Shown here: positions 42,239 through 54,194 of the stretch, in pieces
Layout of the letters: each line of letters starts with the position of its first letter
How positions within the stretch are numbered: the stretch's first letter is position 1
Assembly: GCF_009914755.1 (NCBI RefSeq)
Contig: NC_060926.1
Length of the DNA: 64,000 nucleotides
Direction: 5' to 3' (one strand)
Source of the DNA: the human T2T-CHM13v2.0 reference genome, Homo sapiens
Translations under genes and position numbers: made by a program
Notes under the pieces: model-generated
Databases searched by the model: none
Told to the model about the DNA's origin: nothing
What the model saw: the letters and a program-made list of their open reading frames with translations, nothing else

Positions 42239-42938
42239 TGTAGCCGGAATTTATTCCTTCTGGTGGGTTCTTGGTCTCGCTGACTTCAAGAATGAAGCCG
42301 CAGAGTCTTGTGGTGAGTGTTACAGCTCTTAAAGATGGTGCGTCCGGAGTTTGTTGCTTCAGATGTGTCCAGAGATTCTTCCTTCCTGTGGGTTCGCTGT
42401 GTGGGTGACTTCAGGAGTGAAGCCTCAGACCTTCCCAGTGAGTGTTACAGTTCTTAAAGGTGGCGAGTCTGGAGTTGCTTGTTCCTTCCAGTGGGTTCGT
42501 GGTCTCACTGACTTCAGTAAAGAAGCCGCAGACCCTCGCGGTGAGTGTTACAGCTCATAAAAGTAGCGTAGACCCAAAGAGTGAGCAGCAGCAAGATTTA
42601 CTGTGAAGAAGAAAAGAACAGGAGGTTGCTGCTGCTGGCTAGGGTGGCCAGCTTTTATTGCCTTATTTGGCCACGCCCACATCCTGCTGATTGCTGCATT
42701 TTACAGAGGGCTGATTGGTCCATTTTACAGAGTGCTGATTGGTCCATTTTACAGAGTGCTGATTGGTGCATTTTTACAGAGTGCTGATTGGTGCATTTAC
42801 AATCCTTTAGCTAGACACAGAGCACTGATTGGTGCATTTTTACAGAGTGCTGATTGGTGCATTTACAATCCTTTAGCTAGACGCAGAAGTTCTTCAAGTC
42901 CCCAACAGACCCAGAAGCCCAGCTGGCTTCACCTCTCA
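42239..42938 (-). mobile_element. LTR12 (ERV9) solo LTR
   Basis: Reverse complement begins TGAGAGGTGAAGCCAGCTGGGCTTCTGGGTC; tandem CCAATCAG repeats; U5 GTGAGTGTTACAGCTCTTAAAG repeats; 4-bp TSD AAAA. Confidence 0.93.
42650..42885 (-). promoter_or_regulatory. LTR12 U3 enhancer/promoter: NF-Y CCAAT array, GC box and AATAAA-type TATA, pointing leftwards
   Basis: Six intact CTGATTGG (CCAATCAG on the - strand) between 42711 and 42857, CCACGCCCAC GC box, GCTTTTATT at about 42651-42659; activity not shown. Confidence 0.7.
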
Positions 42939-44957
42939 AAAAGATACAAATGACAGAGACAATTGAAAAAAAAATGTTTAATCTACTGGGGAAACTAAGA
43001 AACAAAACCAAAGGAGGCAGATGATATCAACCATTATTCAAATTTACTGCTGAACCAATGTATTCAGGAATAACACCCACATGAAAGGAGAATATATATT
43101 GAAAATGGAAATGTGAATAATTTCCTTAGATGACTGACTTCATTTGCAAAGAGGAAAATCTGCTCCCAGAGAATATGCAAAATGCAAGCAACAGTGATGG
43201 TAAACAAAGTTTTAAAGGGAGAAGTTGATGAAGATTCTGGGCCATAGGGGCATTCACCAGACAGCATCTAAAAGAAGTAGAGGTGGCTGGGACCTGTGTC
43301 ACAGCCCATTAGATGCCATTTTAAGAGATTAATAATTCAGGGCCTGGGTAGCACGGGGTGACTGCAGTCATACATATAAGCAAATAACAATGAGGACTAA
43401 GTGTTTGGTCTTTCCATTGACTTATTGGTTCCTGGATGGCAGTAAACAGGGTCTTCAGTGTCTGGCTCACTAGATAAACAAGAGTAATAAGAGGAATCAT
43501 ACTGGTCCCAATTTGGAACTCCAGCTCTGCAGAGGGCATCCACACCCACCTCAAGTCAAAAAGTAAGAAAACTCAATTAGCAGCTGTTCTCCCTCCGCCC
43601 CCTTCTGAGGAGGGAAGGGAGTGGAGTTTTCTCCCACACACTTTCTAAGCCATGGGGGAGTCTCCCGAGCTTCTGAACAGCAGTCAGGAAACAAGGCTGT
43701 TCAGGAAGCTGGTACTGTGAACCACAAGTCCTCTGAAGAGCTTCAGTGGAAAATAATACTAGTGGATAGATTTAAATTCCTCATACAACCAAAGTTGTTC
43801 TTTGTACTTCTAATAGATGTTATAATTTTTTACATAAATACTGTACAATGTCTGTGAGTTAAAATCAGATTCAAAACCTAATCTTTTGATGCAATAAGCA
43901 GTCAAATCTTTTCCTGGTTCTCAGGACAAGCGAAGGAAGTCAGTATGAAACTTCCCTTACCAGAGAATGTCTGCTCAACATGTTCTTCCTGGAAACACCT
44001 TGAAAATAAAATGGCTCCCAGACCCTCCAGTTTCCCTTGGTTGGGGAAGTCAGAGCCGATCATGGGCTTAAATCTTGTGTGTTATTGGGGATATATCACC
44101 TAGCTGAAGAAAATAGACCTAATGACCCTGATTTGTCTGAATTTTCATAAAGAGATTGCAAAGACTCCAGACATTTTTGCCTCAAGACTCAGCTGAACTC
44201 ATATTAGTCTTGCATTTATAAGGAGAGCCTCTGCCAAGAGGTAAGGATAGCAGGAGAGAGGAGTTGGGAGACCTGGATTCAGTCATGCCTATTCCAGGAG
44301 GCAGCCGCGTGTTGACTGTGATCATGCCATGTCACTTAACTTCTCTGAACTTTAATTTTCTTAGCTGGATAATTAGAATATATATGATCTTTATAGTCTT
44401 CTATAGATCCAAAAAAGTATGATTTGATGTGTATAACTAAGTCTGGGTGGCTGGACAGAAAGTTTGAATAGGTCAATTGCCCAACAATAGACTGGTTATA
44501 TCATTCAGTTGTTGAAATGACCAATATAACCAGGTTTTTTTTTAAAAAAAACCCTGGCTAGCTATTTTCAGCAACCTTAACTACTTACTGGCTTGACTAT
44601 GAAGCAGTCCTTTTGATTGCTTAAAATTAAAAATAGTTAAAATAGCTTTTAAAAAATAAGAATAACCACCCTTTGATCAATTGAACATTTCAACAACTGA
44701 TCAATTGATCTCTGTCACCTAATCTGGCCTTATTTATGAGTGTCTTGAGACACATATCCCACAGGGTTACTCTACAAACTCTCCTCCCTTAGTGTCTACA
44801 GCACAACTTTTCACTGCCTCCTGGATAGTTTTTCTTGTTCTATTTACAACTCCTCTTTCTCTGTCCATTCCCTAAATATTTGTTCCTTGGCGTTCCCTCT
44901 CAGATGTTTTCCTCTCTTGCTGTATCTGCCCTCCTCGGATGATTTCACCCTCACCTA

Positions 44958-45154
44958 CAATGGTGTGCTGGCAAATGTTTAACAAGCAGCGCTTCCAGGG
45001 TGAAGAAAAGCCCTGACTTGTAGTGTTTGCTGATTTCTGTGGTGTAAATACTCTCACTATGGCCAATATCAGGCTCCCAGACATTATGGAGTTGGGAAGA
45101 GAGGCATATAACTGACGCTTAACAGCTGAATGAACTAGCTCTAGCACACCACTG
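44958..45154. mobile_element. MER63-type hAT-Blackjack MITE
   Basis: Terminal inverted repeats CAATGGTGTGCTGG / CTAGCACACCACTG. Confidence 0.8.
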
Positions 45155-45885
45155 CATCCCTGACTTCCAAGACCACCCACATGCTGATCCACCGACCTTT
45201 CTCTCTCTCTCTCCCTCACTGCAGACTCATATCCACTTGAATGTCACACTTCCACAACATCATCAAGGGTAAAATGGACACACGATCTTCCTGTAAACTT
45301 TTCCCTGCATTCCCTGTTTACCAAGGTAACTGTGGACAAGAGTGAGTGACCCAGCTTTTGGAAAATTTTGACTTCGTTTGAGCTATTTTAGACTATTTTG
45401 TGATTGCATCTTTTGAGCGATGGAACAAGACTACCTGCTGGTAAATAGGAATGGAGTTTTTTTCTGCAGAGAAATAGATGTTTCTGCTGTCAATCATCCT
45501 GTGAAGTGGTTTCTCTGGGACAAGGAATGGGAGGTGAGAAGCGATTTGAACTGGAGGAGAGAAAGATCTAGGGCCTAAGACCAGCTGAGTCTGAGTGACA
45601 TGGAGAAGGCTAGAGTCATTCTACTGGCAGAGTAGCTACTGCTGTCCCATGAACGCAGTGAACAGTAATAGCAGGTATCTAATCGAGCAGCAACATGGAG
45701 GCTAAAAAGTCAAGGCAAAAAAAGGGGCCAATTTCTAGAGATGCCAAACTGAGACAGCACTTGTGGACCTGGTCAGTTTTTAGAGGGCACATCCTATTTC
45801 CAAGACTGGAGTGGTGATCCACAGGTGGTGGTTACCCTCAACCAGCTGATCCTGCAGGGTAAGAATCTCAGAAGGGTTTCAATAT

Positions 45886-45918
45886 CAGCAGCAGCAACAG
45901 CAGCACCAGCAGCAGCAA
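45886..45918. repeat. Interrupted (CAG)n
   Basis: CAGCAGCAGCAACAGCAGCACCAGCAGCAGCAA. Confidence 0.85.
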
Positions 45919-47029
45919 GATGAGAAGGCTAGAGAAGAATAACCCAGTGGAACTTGTCTGCAGCTCAAATGAGAGGCATTCTAAGACACTCTCAGAAATA
46001 ACTGATGGGATAGTGACAGTAGCTGATTTCTAGTAGTGCAGGCTCTATAGTATAATAATTTAGGTATACCAAGGAAGAATATGTTATAGTCACAGGCTAG
46101 AGGGCCAGAGTATTCCCTTGCATTACATTTATTTCCATCTATATTAGGTCATCTACCCAGATGCCTAAACCCCAAAACTAAGAGTCATTTTGTCTTCTCT
46201 GATGTACCACATACAATCAGTCACAAAGGCCTGCCAGTTCTATCTCCTAACTTTTTCTTGAATCCATCAGAATGTAGGCATGAAGAGAAAAGATGCTCTC
46301 ATACTTACAGTCATCCTCTCAGTTCAAGCCCTTGTCTTTTCTCACTTGGATTTCTCTGAGAGCTTCCCAACTAGTCTCCCTGACTTCCATCTTGCTCCCT
46401 CCAATCAGTCCATCAACTGCATTGCTGCAGAGGAATCTTCCAACAAAAACCTGTTCAAGTTACTCCTTTGTTAAAGTCCTTCAGGATAAAACCCAGACTC
46501 CTTGGGGTGGCCTATTAGGTCCTTCATGGTCTGCCTATCACCTTCCTTTCTAGGCTTATCCCACACTCCCCTCCTGTGTCCAGTGCATAGAGTCCTCTAG
46601 ATAGGGGAGGATGCATTGACCATTTTTCCTACCTTCTTTCCCACCCTCGTGACGTGGTTTTAAATGCTCATGTCTTTCTCCCATTATACACTGTCTTCTG
46701 GTTTTCCTCTGACATCTCTGGTTGTTCCTTCTCATCATCTTCTTCCTCTGCTCATACTTTAAGTGTTGATTTTCCCCAGAGTTCTCTTCTCAGCCCTCTC
46801 TTCTGTCTTCCTGGAAAAGGTCAGTCGTTCCTGGGGCTTCTGTTTCTAACTAATGCTGAGTTTTCTTAAATCTTTGCCTCTAGATCAGACTGCTCTTCTC
46901 AACACCTCCACAGAATGCTCTTAGCTATCTTAAACTCCATATGTCTGAAGTTTATTAAACTCCTACCTCCAGATGCATTCTCCCTCCTATATCCTCTATC
47001 TCAGTTTATGTCTCTGTTTGAAAGTTGAA

Positions 47030-47508
47030 GCAAGTACCTATTGCTGCCTGACAAACCTCCCCTAATCAGTAGCTTAATACAACAGACATTTATTATTGCT
47101 CACAAGCCTATGGGTCAATGGGGCATTTCTGCTGACCGGAGCCAGATTCAGCTGATCTTGACTGGGCTTTCTCACATATCTGGAACCTCTGCTGGGACAA
47201 CTGGGATGACTTGGTCCATATGGTCTCTTATCCTCCAACAGGCTAGCCTAGGTTTATTCACATGGCAGATGGACAGAGTTCCAAGAGAGAAAGTGGAAAC
47301 CATTCAAGGCCTCTTGGGGCAGAGGATCCTAATTAAAACACCATATCATTTCCACTGCATCCTCTTGGCCAGAAGTCACAAAGCCAGCCCAGGTTCAAGG
47401 GATGGAGAAATATACACCACCTCTTAATGGAAGTAGATGCAAAGTCACATTTTAAGGAGTGTGGACAGAGAGAGGGGTGGAGAAATGTGATCCTTTTTGC
47501 AATCTGCC
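47030..47508 (-). mobile_element. MLT1 LTR
   Basis: TAGCTTAATACAACAGACATTTATTATTGCTCAC...CATTTCCACTGCATCCTCTTGGCCAGAAGTCACAAAGCCAGCCCAGGTTCAAGGG. Confidence 0.75.
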
Positions 47509-47699
47509 AGAGAAGTAATCCTAGATATCTCCACAATGATAATGTGGTGGTGATGGTGGTGGTGGTGATGGTGATGGTGGCAGCTAATGTTTACCAAGTA
47601 CCTAGCACATATCCTGCACTGAATAATGTCAAGGGAAAGGTAGATTCTGCATTGTGTTTACAGTTATGTATGAAAATCACTTTTTATTTTCTTTATATT

Positions 47700-47950
47700 G
47701 GTTTCTGTTGAGGCCTCTCTTTTGGCTTACAGACAGCTATCTTATTACTCTGTCCTCATGTGGCCCTTCCTCTGTATGTGTGCAAAAAAAGAGTGATCTC
47801 TGGTGTCTCTTCCTCTTCTTACAAGAACACCAGTCCTAATGGATAAGAGCTCCACCCTTAAAGGCCCTCTCTCCAAATACAGTCACTTTTGGGATTAGGT
47901 CTTCATGATTGGGGCATGGGGTGGGAATACACACAATTCAGTCCGTAACT
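47700..47950 (-). mobile_element. MLT1A-like LTR fragment
   Basis: TCTCTGGTGTCTCTTCCTCTTCTTACAAGAACACCAGTCCTA...ACACAATTCAGTCCGTAAC. Confidence 0.7.
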
Positions 47951-47954
47951 ACTA

Positions 47955-48640
47955 CACAAACACTAGAATGGCTAAAATGAATTTAAAAACAAACATCATA
48001 TGTTGGAAACTGGAACAACTGGAATTCTCATACACTGATGTTGGGACTTTAGTCCAATCACTTTGTAAAAACTGTTGAGCTGAATCCAATAAGGCTGAAT
48101 ATATGCCTAGCCTTTGAGATTCTACTCGTAGATATTTTATCCAAAGGAAATGCAAACGTATACACACCAAAAGACATACACAAGAATATTCACCACAGCA
48201 CGATTCATAATAGCCTTAAATAGGAGAGAATTCAAATGTTGATACATAATGGGAGGAATAAATAACTTACAGATATCCATACAACAGGATATCATACAAC
48301 CATGAGACTGAACACACTATGGTTAAAGCTCACAAACATCATGCTGACTGACAGAAGCCAGACACAAAAGAGTACACACTTTAAACTTTCACTTAAATAA
48401 TATTCAATAACAGGCAAAACAAATCCATGGTGTTAGAAATCAGGCCAGTGGTCAGCCTTGGAGAGGGAAGTGGTGGCTGGAAGGAAACAACAGGGGGCTT
48501 CCAGGATGCTGGGTGTGTTATGATCTGGCTTCTGGCTACACAGCTATGTTCAGCTCATGAAAATTTATCAAGCTGAATACTTATATGTGCATGTTTCTGC
48601 ATATATTTTACACTTCAATAAAAAGTTTTCTTTAAAAATT
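47955..48640 (+). mobile_element. L1M (MC/ME-like) 3' end
   Basis: GGAACAACTGGAATTCTCATACACTG...GAAGCCAGACACAAAAGAGTACAC...TACACTTCAATAAAAAG. Confidence 0.75.
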
Positions 48641-48649
48641 TTTCTGAAA

Positions 48650-49145
48650 ACTCCATATCATCCTAGAATAAAGTCCCAAAACTTCAGCAAGGCCTGAGGC
48701 TTTATGACCTGGCCCCAGGCCGACATTTCCAGTCCCATCCCTACTACTCCTGGCCTAACCTCCAGCCAAAACAATTAATCACCCATATCCACAGTCCATC
48801 GTGCTCTTTCATGCTTTCCACTTCATTTGTTGGTTAACTCTATTTTCAGCTTTAAAAGTCAACTCAGGCTTTATTCTCCATCAGGAAGTTTTTCCTCACC
48901 CCACCCAACCCGGGCTGAGTTACAAGTCCCTCCTATGTCCTCCCTTAACATTTTATGTGTACTTATTACCCTTAGTACATTGCACTATCATTTTTGGTTT
49001 ATGAATCTATCTTTGCTGCTGGACTGTGAGTGTGATGAGGGCAAGAACTGTGTCCTTTGTCTCTGTATATGCAGCATCTAGTGCAGTGCCTAGGACACAG
49101 CAAATGCACAATGAACAACAGATGAATGAATAAACGGATTAATGG
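48650..49145 (+). mobile_element. L2 3' end
   Basis: GACTGTGAGTGTGATGAGGGCAAGAACTGTGTC...GTGCCTAGGACACAG...GAATGAATAAA. Confidence 0.7.
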
Positions 49146-50009
49146 ACTTTAGTTTACAGTCTTGATTTTGGTACACAAAATTCTTCTTTAGTCATTCTAG
49201 CAAGAAAAAGTGGTTTTTTTTACATTGAAACTTCATCTGGCAGCACAGACTATACCATGCCCAAAATTTAGTTTGCAATGAGTGCTTTGTTCTTCATGAA
49301 CATTAATATCAGAGAAACCAAATGCACATTTCTTAAAATAAGCAATAGCAATATTGCCCATTCCCTAAAGACTGTCTGACTGTACAAAATAATTGCATTC
49401 CTCTGGAACACGGGTGAAGCGTTAATGTTCTTGGTTGGCTGGAGAATCAACAAATTCCTCTAACATCTAGATTGGCGATGTTTCTTGGTGTATCTGCCAG
49501 AAATTCCTCAGATATCCTCGTCTGAGATTTATGGACTGAGAGGTTTATGATATTTCAGAGGGTAGAATCGGCTATTGTTTTACATATTAGCCAAGTCAAG
49601 TAAATGCAGTGAAAGCTGTGATTGGTCTCTGGGCCTAAAAAGTGACATAGGCTGACAACAGCCATATTCCATGCAAGATCCAAACAGGCTTCAGCCAGGC
49701 AAAATGCAAAGTAGTGATCATAACTACTTCTCAGCAATGTTTATTCTTACTTCTGATTTTGGGCTTTCAGTACGGCTCCATAACAGAAAGCCAAAAAGGT
49801 TTTAATGGTAGGAGGTAGGATGATAAAGCTATTGCCACGATGATGATTCTTGGTAAATAAGGGTGCACTATGTGCCACAGAACAAGCACAGATATGAAAC
49901 TTGACCTCAGAGTGCTTATCAACCAAAAACTTAGGGCAAAGGTAAAACAGTAGCGCTATAACTTTTAAACATATGTATAATCTGGGTATTGAACTGGGTA
50001 TACTAGGCC

Positions 50010-50470
50010 CACCTTCAGAGCCTTTGCTCACTCCCACCTCGCTGAGGACACTTCTCACTCACTCTACCCCAAGAACAGGCCGTGCAGGCTTATTTGTAAG
50101 GGCCCTGACTCCACCCAGCCTCTTGATCCACAGCTGATTGGACCAGACAGGGCACATGACTCAAGCTAAGCCAATCAGATTCTCTCCGTTTGGAATTGAG
50201 CCGCACATGGTCCTAAGAAGAGAACCTGCGGGGCTATCTGGGCAGCCATTTGGGGTGAAAGAGTGAAGCAGAGAAAAGTGGTCAGCAGGGAGAAAGCAGA
50301 GGCACAGGAAACCACCGTGGTGTAATAGCAGGGTGGCAGGAAGAGAGATCAGTTCCTGACAGCTTTCCTGTTTCTGATTCCAGTCCCTTTGGGGACATCT
50401 GATACGTTGTCTGGCCAACTCTGGCCTCCTTTTTATGTTTATGCTGGTGTGGGTGGTTTTCCGAGGTCCC
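50010..50470. mobile_element. Old ERVL/MaLR-class LTR fragment
   Basis: GCTGATTGGACCAG..GGCACATGACTCAAGCTAAGCCAATCAGATTCTCTCC; family uncertain. Confidence 0.45.
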
Positions 50471-51878
50471 AGGCCTAAGACACACATGTTCTGGTGTTCA
50501 GGCAGGAGGACTGTCTTCAATTCTTGGTGTCATGTTGGCGGAGGGGAGGGCTAGACTACGGGAGGCCTTGCACTGCAGCAACTGGCATCCACGGCCAGGG
50601 GCTGGCTGGAGTTTTAGCTCTAACGCTGGGGGTTTGGGAGCTGTTGGTTAGTGGGGGTGTTAATTTGGTTCTTTAAAAAAGGAAGCATGACACTGTGAGT
50701 GATGACATTTGAACGTCAACAATACAACATTAAGCCTGTGGAAAGTTTTAATTATGATAGCTTACACAGGAAATTGCATTTATCTATGGAAACTAAATTT
50801 AGAAGCCTGGACAGATTGACAGGATCCCCCTTAAGTCCATGTAAATAGCCCTTGCCAGGTGCTAGGAAGTAACAGCAGTAGCAGGGGCTGGCTAGTCAGG
50901 GCGCTCTTCAAAAGTCCTATCTTCCAGGTTAGGGGAGAATGAACAATTTCTGAAAGAACCCCATTTTCAAGGCTGTTCCTATTCTCTCCCTGCTTTGTGT
51001 CCATAAACAAGGAAAGGGTGCGGTCATGACTTGGATTTGTTCTGAGCAGTGTTTGTGTATCCAAGGCCAGAGGCAGGACCCAGTGGGAAAGGGAAGTGTG
51101 GGAATGAGTGAGAGGAAATATCTTGGGCTCCTTCGCCTCCTCACCCTCCAATCATTCCCCGCCAAGGGAACCCCCTTAGGGTTCCCTCCTTCCCACGGTG
51201 TTCCCTCTACCCACTTCAAATCTCAGTGACATGAAAACTGGGGGCATCAGAGGCAAGGGAGTGACAGGAACAGTGGTTTTGTATAGCAAGAACATTGGAG
51301 TTGGCCAGAGGTGGGTAAAGCCGTGGCACTATCACCAGCACCACTCTCTGACCCAGACAAGAGGGTCCTCTGCCCTGGGCTATGACCTCTAAAGGGCCCT
51401 TGCCCTCCTCAAGGCTCACTCCACCTCGTGAAGTGAAGAGTTCACCAGAGCCCATATATACCCCTCAAGACCGTGTTCCAGGTCCTGAGACTCCAGAATT
51501 CCCTGTACAAGCGGCCCTGCGCCTGTTTCCAGGGCCTGTAAGAGCCTCTTCCAGGGTCTGTCCTCTCAAGGATGTGTATGCCCTAGAGTTCAGGGTGCCC
51601 TAGGGATAACTGTTTGCAGACAGGATGAAGAATGGGTGGACGGCACACACTGGAGTATCTATATTTGAATTTCAAAGGTGGGAAGAGAAGGGCACCAGGC
51701 CAGGGGCTACGGTCTGATTCTCCATGGTATACCGCCTCTTTCTGGCTCAGACCAAGGAGTCTGAACATTCTAAATTTGAATCTGGGCTTCCTGGTTGTTA
51801 TGAAGGTTTATTTGTCAAAGTAGGAGGAGGGAACATGTCTAACTGTTAGCCTGTTATATTAGTTTTGCATATTTTTTC

Positions 51879-52019
51879 AAATGGAATATGAACAAATATT
51901 CCATTTATTCATGGAATATTTGGGGAGCTTGGAGCAAGAGTACAAATAGGCTTTAACACTTGGGGAGCTTGGGGCAAGAGTACAAATAGAGGCTATTTGT
52001 AGCCCCAAGCTCCCCAAAT
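51879..52019. repeat. Direct duplication (30-bp unit, 40-bp period) plus inverted copy
   Basis: TTGGGGAGCTTGG(A/G)GCAAGAGTACAAATAG at 51920 and 51960; 51993-52019 is the reverse complement of the unit lacking AAGAG. Confidence 0.92.
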
Positions 52020-52049
52020 GGTAGAGGCCGGCCATGCCATCACTTCAAC

Positions 52050-52345
52050 AGTTTGACTTTAGTTAAGTACTTTAGGCCTCTGATACTCGGTTTCCTCATC
52101 TGCAAAATAAGGACACTAACAGTAATAGTTATTGTGAGAAATTAAAGTGTAATAAGTTGTAATTATTGTTGTGTGCCCTTGGGTAAGTTACTTAATCTCC
52201 CTAGTGCCTCAGTTTTCTCATCCGTCAAATGGAAGGGTAGTAGTATACCTGTCTCTAAGGATTGTTATCAATTAATGTATGTAAGAGCCTTTGAACAGTG
52301 TCTGGCACATAGTAAATGCTATGGAAATGTTCCTTGTTGTTGTTA
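52050..52345 (+). mobile_element. Two tandem MIR fragments
   Basis: CTCGGTTTCCTCATCTGCAAAAT and CCTTGGGTAAGTTACTTAATCTCCCTAGTGCCTCAGTTTTCTCATCCGTCAAATGG. Confidence 0.8.
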
Positions 52346-53056
52346 TTGTCCGATATCTATGGACACTACTACCACCCGGCTGACTGGACTAAAGGAAACA
52401 GCATATGTAGCATGTAGGTCACAGCGAGGCACACCTCTGCCACATTTCTGAGCTTATTTGAGATTTGTCTCATACTCCAGACTCATCCTGTGATTACAAA
52501 ACCCCTACCAGGCTTCTTAGGAAGGATAGAGTCTGTTCCTGCTTCCAACTGTGACTGTGTCTTTAGCCAAGTGTAATCTGATGAATACAAACTAAGAGTT
52601 CTGTCCTGGGTTAACCCTCATTCTTTTCTGTAAAAGGCTTTCAGATCCACTCAGAAAGGTGCAAAACAAATCTTACATCTCTGGGCAGAGACATGGTGGT
52701 GGCAGAGAGCAAGGAATGGGGGAGGGATGTTGGCCCATCTCCTGAGAGCCACTGATTGCCACTCGTCACTGTGGAAGAGCTTCTGCAGCCCTGCGCATTG
52801 GCAGGCTCTCAGGGCTGGGTTGGGTTTAGGAATTAACTTGAAGTGTTAATTTTGTAAATATCTAGACAGGGTTGATCCTCCACAAGAGGAGAGTTGATCA
52901 CACAGAAAGACCTAAAAGCCTTAGAGAGCTACAAAAGTGTTTCCCAACTGCAAGCCCCATTTATTTCTACTACACGACACGACCTCTGTGGATCAGCAGG
53001 TGTTTCCTTTGCTCAGCAACTGAACAGCCCATTCCCTGTTTGTTTCAACTTTGCAG

Positions 53057-53142
53057 GGGATCACCAATGGGGAGCTGAGATACTAAAGCTCTCCATGGGA
53101 ATGAAAGTTAAGAAGGGCACCAGGGAGGCCACTGGCACACAG
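53057..53142 (+). other. Candidate exon (speculative)
   Basis: Acceptor TTCCCTGTTTGTTTCAACTTTGCAG|G and donor CAG|GTGAGC, 86 nt; splice signals only. Confidence 0.2.
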
Positions 53143-53981
53143 GTGAGCATCAAGCCTCCTGACCCCGACCTTCCATAGCATCCTCTTCTCAAGGACCCAT
53201 TGCAGGCAGGTTCTCCCTGTGTCCCCGTGCCCTATGGACACATTTTATTTTAGGAATATTCTCCTCCTTATTCACATTAGGGCACCAGTAAGAGGAGCAT
53301 ACAGTATTATATCTCTCTCAAATATTTTTATTTAAAAAATGCTGAAGAAAGCCCTAAGCCAAAGAAAATTAGAATCTACCTGTGCGATTTCAGACAACAG
53401 TCAGAAGTTGGAGAGGATTTTTGTCAGGGTGTGGTCCTAAGGAATGACAGGCCCTTTACAAAGTCCCTCTCATCTCAGAATCCATTTATTCAACCTAAAT
53501 GTTTCCTTCCAATGCTTTCATGTATGATGTTAGGGATCTGCGTGTTCATAGGCTTCACTGCAGTTTGGGGCCGGCTACACAGCCATTCCCTGGGGCCCAT
53601 GACCAGTGACTACTAAATCCCTGTGCCATGGTTTCCATCGAAGTTTTTGCTTCGGAGTTCTCTTTTCCTCGTGGCCAAAGCTTCAAGGCCTGTGCACAGT
53701 CATAAAATGGTGCCCTGACCACCTTTCATTTGCATTTTGTGGTTTTGACCACATATGTGCACTCATATACCATAGGAATGGGATTATTTTTACATGTAGA
53801 AAAATGCCAGAGTGAGGAAAAGCAGCGCCACAGTGTTGCCAATGAGGGTACACCTGCTTTGACTGGCTTGAGCTGTGCCTTTGTTTTTAAGGTCATATTT
53901 GATGCAGGACATAAATACATAAGTTGGTTTGTATGCTTTACTGAACAAGCCCAGAAATAAGTTATCAACATCCTTGTGACA

Positions 53982-54194
53982 TTTTTTTCTTTATTTCTTT
54001 TTTTTTTTTTCTGAGACAGGGTCTCCGTCTGTAACCCGGGCTGGAGTGCAGTGGCGCGAACACGGCTCACTGCAGACTCGACCTCCTGGGATGGGATCTC
54101 ATCATGTTGCCCAGCCTGGTCTCCAATTCCTGGACTCCTCCCACTTTGGCCTCCCAAAGTGCTGGGATTATAGGTGTAAGCCACCTCACCCACC
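53982..54194 (-). mobile_element. AluJ, internally deleted
   Basis: Reverse Alu jumping from GACCTCCTGGG to ATGGGATCTC; TSD ending TGACATT. Confidence 0.8.

Noticed and set aside
42603-42953. 116-aa ORF with repeated LIGPFYRV units
   Set aside because: Antisense translation of LTR12 CCAAT tandem repeats
45886-45918. CAG repeat as a polyglutamine exon
   Set aside because: Short and interrupted, not in any ORF of 60 aa or more, and no convincing flanking splice sites
51601-51618. TAGGGATAAC as an I-SceI site or engineered sequence
   Set aside because: Only the first 10 of 18 bases match contiguously and there is no other vector sequence; chance
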